Assembly: GCF_001194135.2 (NCBI RefSeq)
Contig: NC_068983.1
Location: forward strand, 16,977,567-17,041,566
Reading direction: 5' to 3'
DNA from: Octopus bimaculoides
Lineage: Eukaryota
DNA length: 64,000 bases
Shown: positions 15,215 through 24,768 of the stretch, piece after piece
How the letters are laid out: every line of letters starts with the position of its first letter
Numbering within the stretch: the stretch's first letter is position 1
Program-made: the position numbers and the translations under genes
Notes under the pieces: model-generated
The model's input: the letters and a program-made list of their open reading frames with translations, nothing else
Told to the model about the DNA's origin: nothing
Databases searched by the model: none

Positions 15215-18200
15215 CATGTAGGCAAATTTGGTACATGGAGACCATGTGGCAGCTCGTGTGTATTTATCTTCACCACACTACTCAACAACTGATGTTGTTT
15301 TCTTTATGTCCTGATAACTTAGCAGTTCACGGAAAAGTGAACGATAAAATAAGTCCCACAAGTACTGGCATTGATTTGTTTGATTAAATACTTCAAAGTG
15401 TTGTTCTAACATGGCCACAGTTCAAATAGGGAAACGAGTAAAATTATGTGTGTGTATGCATGCATATGCATATTTCTTTTCGCTTAACCCCTTTGTTACT
15501 ATGCTAGCATGGTTTAGATGAGAGGAAATTGGACAGGATTTTATGATTGGATGCTCTTTCTGTTACCAACTTTACTTTGTTTTGTAGTAAGAGAGATTTT
15601 TTTTTACATACAAAAGAGAAGAGCTACAAGGTGATTTGTTCGCAAGAAATGTCAGCAAACAATCACCGGTTGTTACCTAACCTTAAATGATGATGTTAAC
15701 ATTTGTAGCTGAGACTCAGTGGTAATGTCACTGTTTGGTGCCATAACTCAGCATAGTTTTGTCAACATTTTCAAGCATGCACACACATGCAACCTGCAGC
15801 TTTGTCCTTTTGAAATTTAATGGAATGAAAAAAATTTTCTTACTTTAAAGCAAGTAAGGCTGACAAAAAGAAGAGGAGCATGAAGATGTAAAATACTGCC
15901 TCAAATAAGTATAGTTCAATCCATGCCAGTATATAGAATGAATAAAAGAACAATATAATATCATAGGTGAAAGAGAATGTATGGAATATTTTAATATAGT
16001 TTTGATTTTTCTTTTTTTCTATACATCTTTGTTCTTTATTCTTCAATTTTAATCAATCAACTTTAATGGATTATTTTTTTGCATTATAGATATGGAGTAT
16101 GCGACAAGATCAGTGTGTCCATGATTTACAAGCACATGATAAAGAAATTTATACGATCAAGTGGAGTCCTACAGGTCAAGGCACTAACAACCCTAATGCC
16201 CCATTAATATTGGCAAGGTAACTTCTTTAGTTTTGTTATTGGAAAAACAATCCTTAGCATAATGTCTAGCTTTGTGCATGGTCTCAGTCATAGGTCACCA
16301 TTCCAGAATAAGAAAATGTCAGCCAGAGTACTAATTTCATTTATCTTGTTTGGAATATTTCTTATATTTGGTGGGTGATTGGCTGAAAACTAGCATTCAA
16401 CAAAAGCAATAGTAGTCCTTGTCGATTGGCTGAAAACTAGCATTCAACAAAAGCAATAGTAGTCCTTGTCCATCCTGGTACAGTAAGGGAAGTTTGTCTT
16501 TGGCAGCACCATTTCTTGAGTATATCTAGCTGTACCACAATTACCATACTCTTTAGCTGGGCATGTGCATTTATTGGGACACCCTGTAAATCACTGAATG
16601 CCATGCACAAACATGATTGTTGTCACTCAATTCATAAAAATTTTGCTATTCCGAATCATTATTTTTACCTTAATTATCATCTTGTTTATTGTTTTTATCT
16701 GTGGGCTATGTCTGATTATTTAAATCCATAAAAATTGGAAAACAAGGCCTATGATTAACTAGGAGGTTGCTAAACCATTATATCATTATAATCTAGGATA
16801 TCTGATGGCTGATACATTGGTTTCAAATTTTAGCACAAGGCCAGCAATTTTGGGGACGTTATAGGTCAGAGCTCAACAGATACTTATCTTTATCAACCTA
16901 GAAAGGATGAAAGGCAAAGTTGACCTTGGTAGAATTTGAACTTAAAATGTAAAGGCAGATAAAATGCCCCTAAGCATTTTACCTGGTGTGCTAATGATTC
17001 TGCCAGCTTACCACCTTGATGATGGCTGATATATTGGTTGTTCTTGTTGTGGATGCTACAATGTTGTAACCAAATTATTCAGATCCCTTGTTCAGAGGTT
17101 TAATATTTGACACAAAATCAGTATTTATTCTTTGTTATTTGGTTGTTATTTTTGAAAGCGTGAGCAAAAATTAGTAGTTAAAAGAGGTATTTCCATTCCA
17201 TTAATATGTACATCTCTTTAAAATTTTGATATGTTTTTCTTTGTTTTCTTCTAGTGCAAGTTTTGACTCAACAGTTCGGTTATGGGATGTTGAGCAAGGT
17301 TCTTGTATCCACACACTAACGAAGCATCAAGAGCCTGTCTATAGTGTAGCTTTTAGTCCAGATGGAAAATATTTAGCAAGCGGATCCTTTGATAAATGTG
17401 TTCATATCTGGAATGTACAGGTGAGATCATTTTTTTGATCATCATTAGTTGTTCCTGTTGATGAAATCTATGTTTTTTACAGAAAATTAATTAGTTTTTG
17501 TATGGCCATTTCATTCCAGTCATCTTACAGTTAGCTTATTTTTAGATAAGAGATAAATTCAGATTTTGAGGCATAGTATAGTTAGTGTTTCTCAATGGAG
17601 GTCGATACAGCCCTTGGGGGTCCATAAAAAAATTTTGTTGTTAAAAATTATGTGCATTAAATTGGTTATACTTCTACACAAAATATTTTAACAATGTTTT
17701 ATAGATGTTAAAGAACAAACAAACTATACATATCTCAAATATGCATTAAAAAAATTTTTTTTTTTAGAGTGGATTATTGGTACACAGTTACCGAGGAACT
17801 GGTGGAATATTTGAAGTTTGTTGGAATTACCGTGGTGATAAAGTTGGAGCCAGCGCCTCGGATGGTTCAGTAAGTTGTAACTTTGACATTGTTAGCTTCT
17901 ACTTGTGTTCTTTTTCTATTGATTCTGGTTACAAGGTGCATTCCAGGAGTTTTGTGACATTTTTTCAGGAGAGACATTAATTTTAAAGAAGTGCAAAACT
18001 CTAATCTCCTTCAAAGCAGGATGCTCTGACTTCAATGTACTTGTTGTAGTGCTCCAACTGTATCATGAAGGCCAAATGGAAGCCCTCCAAAGTGAAGGTG
18101 TCCAAGTCCCTTGTCACAGCCTCTTTTATGTTCTCCTTTAGTTTGGGGGAGCAACCAAAAGTAACAGGGAGCAAGGTCTGAAATTTAGGGAGAATGAGAG

Positions 18201-18803
18201 ACAGTTTTGATTCCCACCCCTGTCAAGTTGTTGGTTACTAGAATGGAATTGTAGACTGATGCATCGTCCTGGTGTGGTTGCCCTCACCTTTTATGGATGA
18301 AATCTTTTCCTCATCTCCCTCAAAGCCTCTATAGAGTACTCCTTATTGACCATCTGCCAACCCATTGGATGTAGATGATGCCCTTGTTGTAAAAGGGGAT
18401 CATCATGAGTTTTCTGTTGGACTTGTGTTGCTTGGCCTTTTGTGCCAGCAATAAACAGATGCTAGGTTCATGCAAGGTAATCCATAAGCAGTCTGGAGCA
18501 TTTCATAAGTTTTTGTAATATTTTTGTCCTGTTTAACACAAAACTTTATTGCATAGTGAGCTTCTAAATTGTCTTCACCTCCTGATATATTCTACAGACG
18601 TGTCAGTTATGACAAGCAGTGTTTTCTAAGGTGTGTTCAAAGTGCTGTTACAGCTGTCTCTTTTAATTTGAAATAACAAAAATTGGCAAGTCAGCTTATT
18701 AGATGTAATGATATGCTAAAATTACAGCAACACTGTTATCTTTTGATATTGTTTTCACAAATGTTTCTATTTATAGGTTTTTGTCTTGGATTTACGGAAG
18801 TGA
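5191..18803 (+). CDS. TBL1XR1: F-box-like/WD40 protein TBL1X/TBL1XR1 (ebi orthologue), 5'-partial; 11 exons in window
   Basis: Exons 5191-5323, 8165-8303, 10251-10314, 10482-10579, 12491-12551, 13466-13587, 14088-14162, 16090-16217, 17255-17420, 17768-17869, 18777-18803 join in frame with GT-AG introns. Translation [44 protein letters not shown]-like [20 protein letters not shown] matches the TBL1 WD40 repeats and C-terminus as I recall them. The LisH-domain exons lie upstream of the window or were not found. Confidence 0.96.
8165..8303 (+). CDS. TBL1XR1: TBL1 exon
   Basis: [46 protein letters not shown]; cacag / gtaagt. Confidence 0.93.
9192..9562 (-). mobile_element. Family A SINE
   Basis: Tail ttttacttgtttcagtcattagactgcggccatgctgg through to the tRNA-like head. 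Confidence 0.7.
10251..10314 (+). CDS. TBL1XR1: TBL1 exon
   Basis: [21 protein letters not shown]; ttgcag / gtaagg. Confidence 0.92.
10482..10579 (+). CDS. TBL1XR1: TBL1 exon
   Basis: [33 protein letters not shown]; ttgcag / gtaaga. Confidence 0.93.
12491..12551 (+). CDS. TBL1XR1: TBL1 exon
   Basis: [20 protein letters not shown]; ttcaag / gtaagt. Confidence 0.92.
13466..13587 (+). CDS. TBL1XR1: TBL1 exon
   Basis: [41 protein letters not shown]; ttcag / gtgagt. Confidence 0.93.
14088..14162 (+). CDS. TBL1XR1: TBL1 exon
   Basis: [25 protein letters not shown]; tttcag / gtaagt. Confidence 0.93.
14554..15121. other. Assembly gap (largest of nine)
   Basis: Other N-runs: 6017-6181, 10861-11104, 22118-22127, 24781-25013, 42839-42922, 46331-46340, 53679-53688, 57502-57583. 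Confidence 0.99.
16090..16217 (+). CDS. TBL1XR1: TBL1 exon
   Basis: [42 protein letters not shown]; tatag / gtaact. Confidence 0.93.
16377..16470. repeat. Perfect 47-bp tandem duplication
   Basis: gattggctgaaaactagcattcaacaaaagcaatagtagtccttgtc x2. Confidence 0.9.
17255..17420 (+). CDS. TBL1XR1: TBL1 exon
   Basis: [56 protein letters not shown]; tctag / gtgaga. Confidence 0.94.
17768..17869 (+). CDS. TBL1XR1: TBL1 exon
   Basis: [34 protein letters not shown]; ttttag / gtaagt. Confidence 0.93.
17930..18600 (-). mobile_element. Degenerate, internally deleted mariner (DD34D) element in the last TBL1 intron
   Basis: Minus-strand blocks [39 protein letters not shown] (HTH), [49 protein letters not shown] (catalytic region) and [28 protein letters not shown]-like TACAAGGTGCATTC at 17930. 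Confidence 0.85.
18777..18803 (+). CDS. TBL1XR1: TBL1 last coding exon
   Basis: tttatag acceptor then VFVLDLRK*, comparable to the vertebrate C-terminus VCVLDLRK*. Confidence 0.9.
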   Translation, partial: VFVLDLRK

Positions 18804-19910
18804 TCTCAAGTTGCTACTGCATTTAATGTTACCTGCTACAAATGATTGTGTACCCCAGGATGAAAGATGGCGACAAGCATTACGTCAGCAACAGTAGTTG
18901 GCTCACCAGCTGACTGAGGGTAACACTACCAGCTGGCAGGTGTTCCCTTTCAGATCCAAGGCACCTGGACTCAGTGATGCTGCATACAAACTAAAATTAC
19001 ATTCATACGAATACACACACACACATACACATTTGCACGCATACATGTCACATCAAGGCGGCAGCAGCATGCCCCCTCAGATCTGTCCAACAGGAAGTAT
19101 TTGTCCTGTCTTGTTTTATTTGTAAGTCAATTCAGCTATCTGACAATGGCTTAGCAATGATATTAAAAACAAAATATAAAAAGTTCCCTTCCCTAGCTTT
19201 GTCATTATGAGAAGTGAGCAAGATTCCTGTAATTATTGGTTCTAAATAAGTTTGATCTCCTTATTAGTTTTATGCCTCTCATAGCATATGTTGTGACAGT
19301 AATGACCATTCCTTTTCCTAGCTTTAGTGGGGTTTTTTTCTGTTTTATAACTGTGTATAAAGCTGCTGATTCTTTTACCGAAATATGTTGCCTTCTCTTT
19401 TTGCTCAAGGTGCATCTCTGTCTATCTTAATCTGCATTATCTTTTCGCAAATGAAATCATGAAAGTAGAGCAAATATTTTTTACCTCTGTTCATTTTTCT
19501 GGTCCACTAGTGGAATAATTTTTGTTATAAATTTTTAAAAAATTTGTGTCATTTTTCAGTTTTTATATATTTTAAACGTTTCTCTGCATTTAGTCTTATT
19601 TAGTCATTTTTGTTTAAGTTAATCCTCATAAAATTTGATTGCTTTACCAGTCTCATTGTTTGAAAAAAAAAAAATATCTGTGCATAGTTTAAAATGTGTG
19701 AATTGATAGTGTGTATGATTTTTATGTAATATTTTTGAGATAGATTGAACTATTTTTTATGTATTTTCATATCTGGGTATATTACAGATTGTATTATATT
19801 TGGATTCAGGCATTAATGGTTATCATATATTTTGTTGATTCTTGAAAAAAAATCATTAATTTGTTGGGTTTTAAGCTTAACATTTTTGCATTATGATTTG
19901 ATTAATATGT

Positions 19911-19941
<31 letters not shown>

Positions 19942-21660
19942 GCTCACACTATTGAAGGTAACATAATTTCTTATGTAAAATATGAAAGGTTAGTAGGAAA
20001 AGCTGAGATGATAGAATGCATTAGAAACTTCTTTCAAATTTTTATCACTGTTTTTAGCTAAAAATTTTATTGATGTTGACTTCTGTTGCTCATCTTTCTG
20101 GTTTTCATAAATGTCAGTGTTATACTGGGTTTTTTTTTTTTTTTCCTTTAATGATTACACTTCTTTCGAAGAAAAGAAAACAGTTTTTCATGTCTCATCA
20201 AAAGAAATCAATATTAGATATATTGAAAAAGAATATTAGATATTAAGATATCAAAGAAGGCTATTAGCTATTATCATGGTTTGGTTATTGTGGAATATCT
20301 CAGTAACATTTCTTTTTTTTTTTTTGTTTGGATATCTTGCATTGCAGTCTGTTTCGAGTGGGTGAAAACTAAGATAATTCAATAATCTGAAAGATAGCAA
20401 TCTGAACTGACAGAAACTTTTGGAAGTGTTTCTGCATATGTGTTTGACTTTCTGTGTTTGTGCACAAATTTGTAGTGCACCTACATGCACAGTATCTTTA
20501 CTCAAGAGCTTTTGCAGCAGCATGCAAAAAGAAGAGGGTTATATTTTATTCTTGTTTACATATCAGTGTCATTGGTAGTGATGAATTTTGGTTGCAAAAT
20601 CTTTGGCTAGCTACCAGTTGGCTTTATCAAGTAATTAAGTTCATTCAAAATGTCTTTTGCTGGTAGTTCTATCTCTTGTCATTTTAACGTTTTTGGTTCA
20701 GTAAACCTTAAATAGTAAGATACAAGCAGCATGTCCTGTAATTTTTATATATACCTACATACCCGAACTTTTAAGTATGTTAGCAATTACTTCTTGAAGG
20801 AATTTGTAATAGGTTTTGATTAAACATTACTTGTTTTTAGTATAAATATTCAGATTTTCTGTTTTAATAGGAAAATAGACTTACTTAATTTTATTGATAC
20901 GATATACCATACCCTTACTCAATTGATTCATATATTTTATCTTTTCCTAATTTAGTATTAGGTATTTTGTAGGTAAAACTGAACTGCCATATGTAGCAAT
21001 TTTCACTGTTGATTCCTTCTATTTATATCTAATATCCTAAATTTTAAAAACTAATGGGAGATCACTTCAAGACCGATAAATCAAATGATGCAAGCTCCAG
21101 GTGAAAATAATGACAATATTTTCCCCCATTACTTGGTGATGAGGGAGTGTTAATCTTTTTATTGTATAATAAAATAAAAAAAAAAAATTGAAAAGATAAA
21201 TTCTTTTGTATTTTTGTAACCCTACCTCTCTTTCCAGTGTCATTGGGTCGAGAGTGAGTGTGAGAGGGTGTGAGAAAGCTTAGTGTATGAATTCATTAGT
21301 TGGGTTAATTTGGCACTTGACTGGACAGATGCTCTGCACCAGTTGTTTGTTGGTTACCATAAAACTGTAGGGTAAGGCTGTAAATATATCCACTCGCTGT
21401 CTGCTTTTACTTCCCTATACTAGACCCTACAACCCCAATTTTACCACTTACATATTTTTTCCACCTTCCCTGAGAATCTAAAAAGCCTAAGTTTTTTTTT
21501 TTAAACCCTACCCTCCTACCATTGCCCAAGTTTAAAAAATTTTGTAAACGTTTTTTTTTTGTAAAATGTTGTAATATTGAATAAATAATAAAAAAAAAAA
21601 CTGGAAAAAAATCCCTGCTTTCTATCCTGTCTCTCTCTTTTCCCAACTTAAAAATAAAAG
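18804..21660 (+). other. Probable long TBL1 3' UTR
   Basis: U-rich, lacks the SINEs that fill nearby introns, with several AATAAA (about 21172, 21580, 21652). The end point is not determinable from sequence. Confidence 0.45.
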
Positions 21661-21896
21661 ATTTGTATTGAATGGTAAAAAGCTTAGATGTAATATGATC
21701 AGGACTAAAATCTAAAGAAATTTAAGTGAAAAAGAAAAAAAAAAAAAAAGAGAATGAATGTAAAATAAAAGTTAGGAAAGCTTTTATCTCACTGTTTTGG
21801 TTTTAAAATAACAAAATCTACTTTTACTTTTCAATGACAACAGATTTTTCTTTATATTAAGAGGAAGTATTTATTTATTTTTCTGTTTATATTTGA

Positions 21897-23510
21897 CTAG
21901 CAGTTTAGTCCGGTGTTGCCTGGGATTAAGTTAGGATTATTAAGCTAATCAAGCGCTTTATTTCAAACCAAACTAAGTTACACCGACGTCAAATTTGTGC
22001 GAAATCCATTGAAATTGGTAAACGTTTGGCTGAGGATGCGTTGCAGACAATTTGATTGGGAAATACCATAAGGAATTGGTTTATCGATTTTTCATCCTGA
22101 TTGAATGGAAAACGCCANNNNNNNNNNTCGATTGTTTTTTTTTTTGGAGAACTTAAAGCATTCAAATATCCCATAAATCCTAAGCAACGCCAGCATAAAG
22201 TTTGAACAAAATATGTCAAAATTGGTAAAAGTTATTGTTGAAAATAGGGTTGTAATCAATTTTAGTGGGAAATCCTATAAGGAATTGGTTTATCGATTTT
22301 TCATCCTGATTGAATGGAAAACGCCATAAGGAATCAGTTTATTGATTTTTCACCCCAAAAAGGACTTAACTGAACATAACAATGCTGATTCAAAAAATCT
22401 ATATTTATACTTTAAAGTTGGTTTTCACACCCAACCCAGTTCTGCAGAATCAGTGTCACGACGAGAACGCATGGGCTGGGAGTTTGACCGGCAGAAGGGA
22501 TCAGGTTGCACACGCTGGCCCTTTTGAACCCCCCCATCATCATCTAACCCTACTTTGGCCCATGGGTTGGGAACCTTTCTGACAAGGAAAATATAATGCC
22601 CAAAAGGGCTCCCAATCCTGTGTCGGAAGAAGTTATGTTTGGATCACAACTTAGCCTAGCGAAAAGGGGCTCAGGAGCCTCTAAAAGGCAGCAACTAATC
22701 CCAATCTAGTCCTAACCCCTCCTAGGGGTACTATTGGTCAAAGCTGCATTGAAGATGTGCATTGGAAGAGGTTGCCTCAGAGGTCTGCATTGGAGAAGGT
22801 TGCATCGAAGGTTTGCACTGGAGATCTGCAGTGAAGAAGATTGACTCAAACATTTGGATTAGATAAGGTTGCATTGGGGATCCAGATTGGAATAACTTAG
22901 GAAAACTTACAAACAGCCTTAACAAAGAAATAAAGGGCCTGGCCCTTCTAGCCTAACTCTATGAGCAACTTGGCTAAGCGCTGAGTGAACATTGTTGTCG
23001 GAGAAGTCAGCATTGTCCAATAAAGAAGAGGAAGACTCCTGTTGCCATAGTTTGAGAATATGTCTGGCCAATGCTTCTGGATCACCTGTTTATAACCACA
23101 TAGGCTGCAATGATGACTTGTTCCTCTTTCTATGTCTATAAAACTTCGCTATAGACACCATTGCATGTTCTGCTCTGAGGAGCATACACAAAAAGAGCAT
23201 TTCTACTCCCCACACGGGAGCAGACCACATAAAGTTGCCCATGTGAAAAGCACAGCTCCCCCAAATGGATGCCTTCCACCGATAGTGTTTGGCCATAGGA
23301 TTTGTTGATGGACATGGTGAAGTATGGCCTCAACGGGAACTGTGAACTGCAGAAGTTAAACAGCATGTCTGACCCCAAGGGATAAAGGTGCATCCTTTAA
23401 ATGAAAACATTTCCCGCTCCTGCATCCCATAACAATGGTGGCCTCAATAAAGTGGAGCTTCAGGGACTTGACTACCAAGCAGGTCCCATTGCACTGTTTA
23501 GGCGTGTACT
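21897..23510 (-). mobile_element. Degenerate Helitron, 3' portion: PIF1-helicase C-terminal remnant plus 3' hairpin and CTAG terminus
   Basis: Minus-strand PKQCNGTCLVVKSLKLHFIEATIVMG (about 23510-23420), a frameshift, then SDMLFNF..QFPLRPYFTMSINKSYGQTL..CFSHGQLYVVCSRVG..VYSEVL* (to 23136). Terminus cccaggcaacaccgga..ctgCTAG|T at 21897. Confidence 0.85.
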
Positions 23511-24475
23511 CTTTATTCCATTTGAGTTTTATTGAATGGTTGTGTAAAATTTTCTTAACAATAGGGTATATTGTAAATCTACACACACACATGCACACAC
23601 TTGGTGTTGTTGTGATACATGTACTCTTTATCCCATTTGTGTTGTTGCTTTTGAGGTGTTCCACTAATTGGATGGTAGGTTACTTTTGAGGTGGGAATTA
23701 AAGCAGTGATTTATTTCTGGTATCATTAAATCATTGAAGATTTTATGGCAGGAGATAAGTTTCGGTGAGGACTATCTTTTGATAGTAATCTGAATGTTAA
23801 AGGGCTAAGGTAGAAGGAAGAAAAAGCAGGGGATAATGGGCCAGTTCCATCTACTCTTAATCATGATAGAATATCAGTTGTTGACATGAATGTAGATTGG
23901 ATAGCTGTTAGATTTGGTTTACATAAGCAAGAAGGAAAATTCCAACAGGTTTGTAATGAAAATAACATTTTATTTCATTTAAAAAACAAACTTCCATTTC
24001 AGATGAAATGTGAAATTTTAGTAACAATTTATTACAGACAAGAGAGAATTCTGCAGGCACGGATATTTTCAATTGCTCCTTGAAATGGTAGGACACAGTA
24101 TGATTTTTTTAGTGAAGTAATGGTTTGTACTTTCATAAATATTTCTTTTTTTTTATTCTGAGTGATGAGGTGAGAAAAAGAGATGTTTATAGAGCCAAAA
24201 TAAATTTCATTAAGATATGAGATCTAGAAATGATGTATAATTAACTGAGAAGTATGTATTGATTAAGGTCCATATTTGCTACGCATTGATATGTATCAAT
24301 ACAGTTGTAGATGCAAGGAGAGATATTGATGGACAGAAATTTTGTTATTTTATGCTGTGTTGATTAACTCTGGCACACACATACACATCCTCACATATTT
24401 ACAAGAATTCTCAATCATTCATAACACTTTTTTTCTCATGTGATCCCCTAATCTTTGGTAGCCTAAATGTAAACA

Positions 24476-24631
24476 TCAAGAATGAATCTTTAACGTGAAG
24501 TGTTTATCAATCCGAAGAGGTAGGGAACTTGAGAGTGCTGAAACTTCCCAGTAGAGACTTCGTGACATGAATAATTGGTAAAGGATGATTACAGCACCAG
24601 ATTGGCACAGTACTACTCCCATCGTTAGAAC
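24476..24631 (-). CDS. GPR180: GPR180 exon 9 (stop)
   Basis: VLTMGVVLCQSGAVIILYQLFMSRSLYWEVSALSSSLPLRIDKHFTLKIHS*; ctctag acceptor. Confidence 0.92.
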   Translation of the reverse strand, partial: VLTMGVVLCQSGAVIILYQLFMSRSLYWEVSALSSSLPLRIDKHFTLKIHS

Positions 24632-24729
24632 CTAGAGAAAGAACAATTAAAAACATGTATAATGAAATGGTAATTATAATGATTACTAACAAGAAAGGTC
24701 TCTAATTTTAGTGGATTTATTTAATGGAT

Positions 24730-24768
<39 letters not shown>

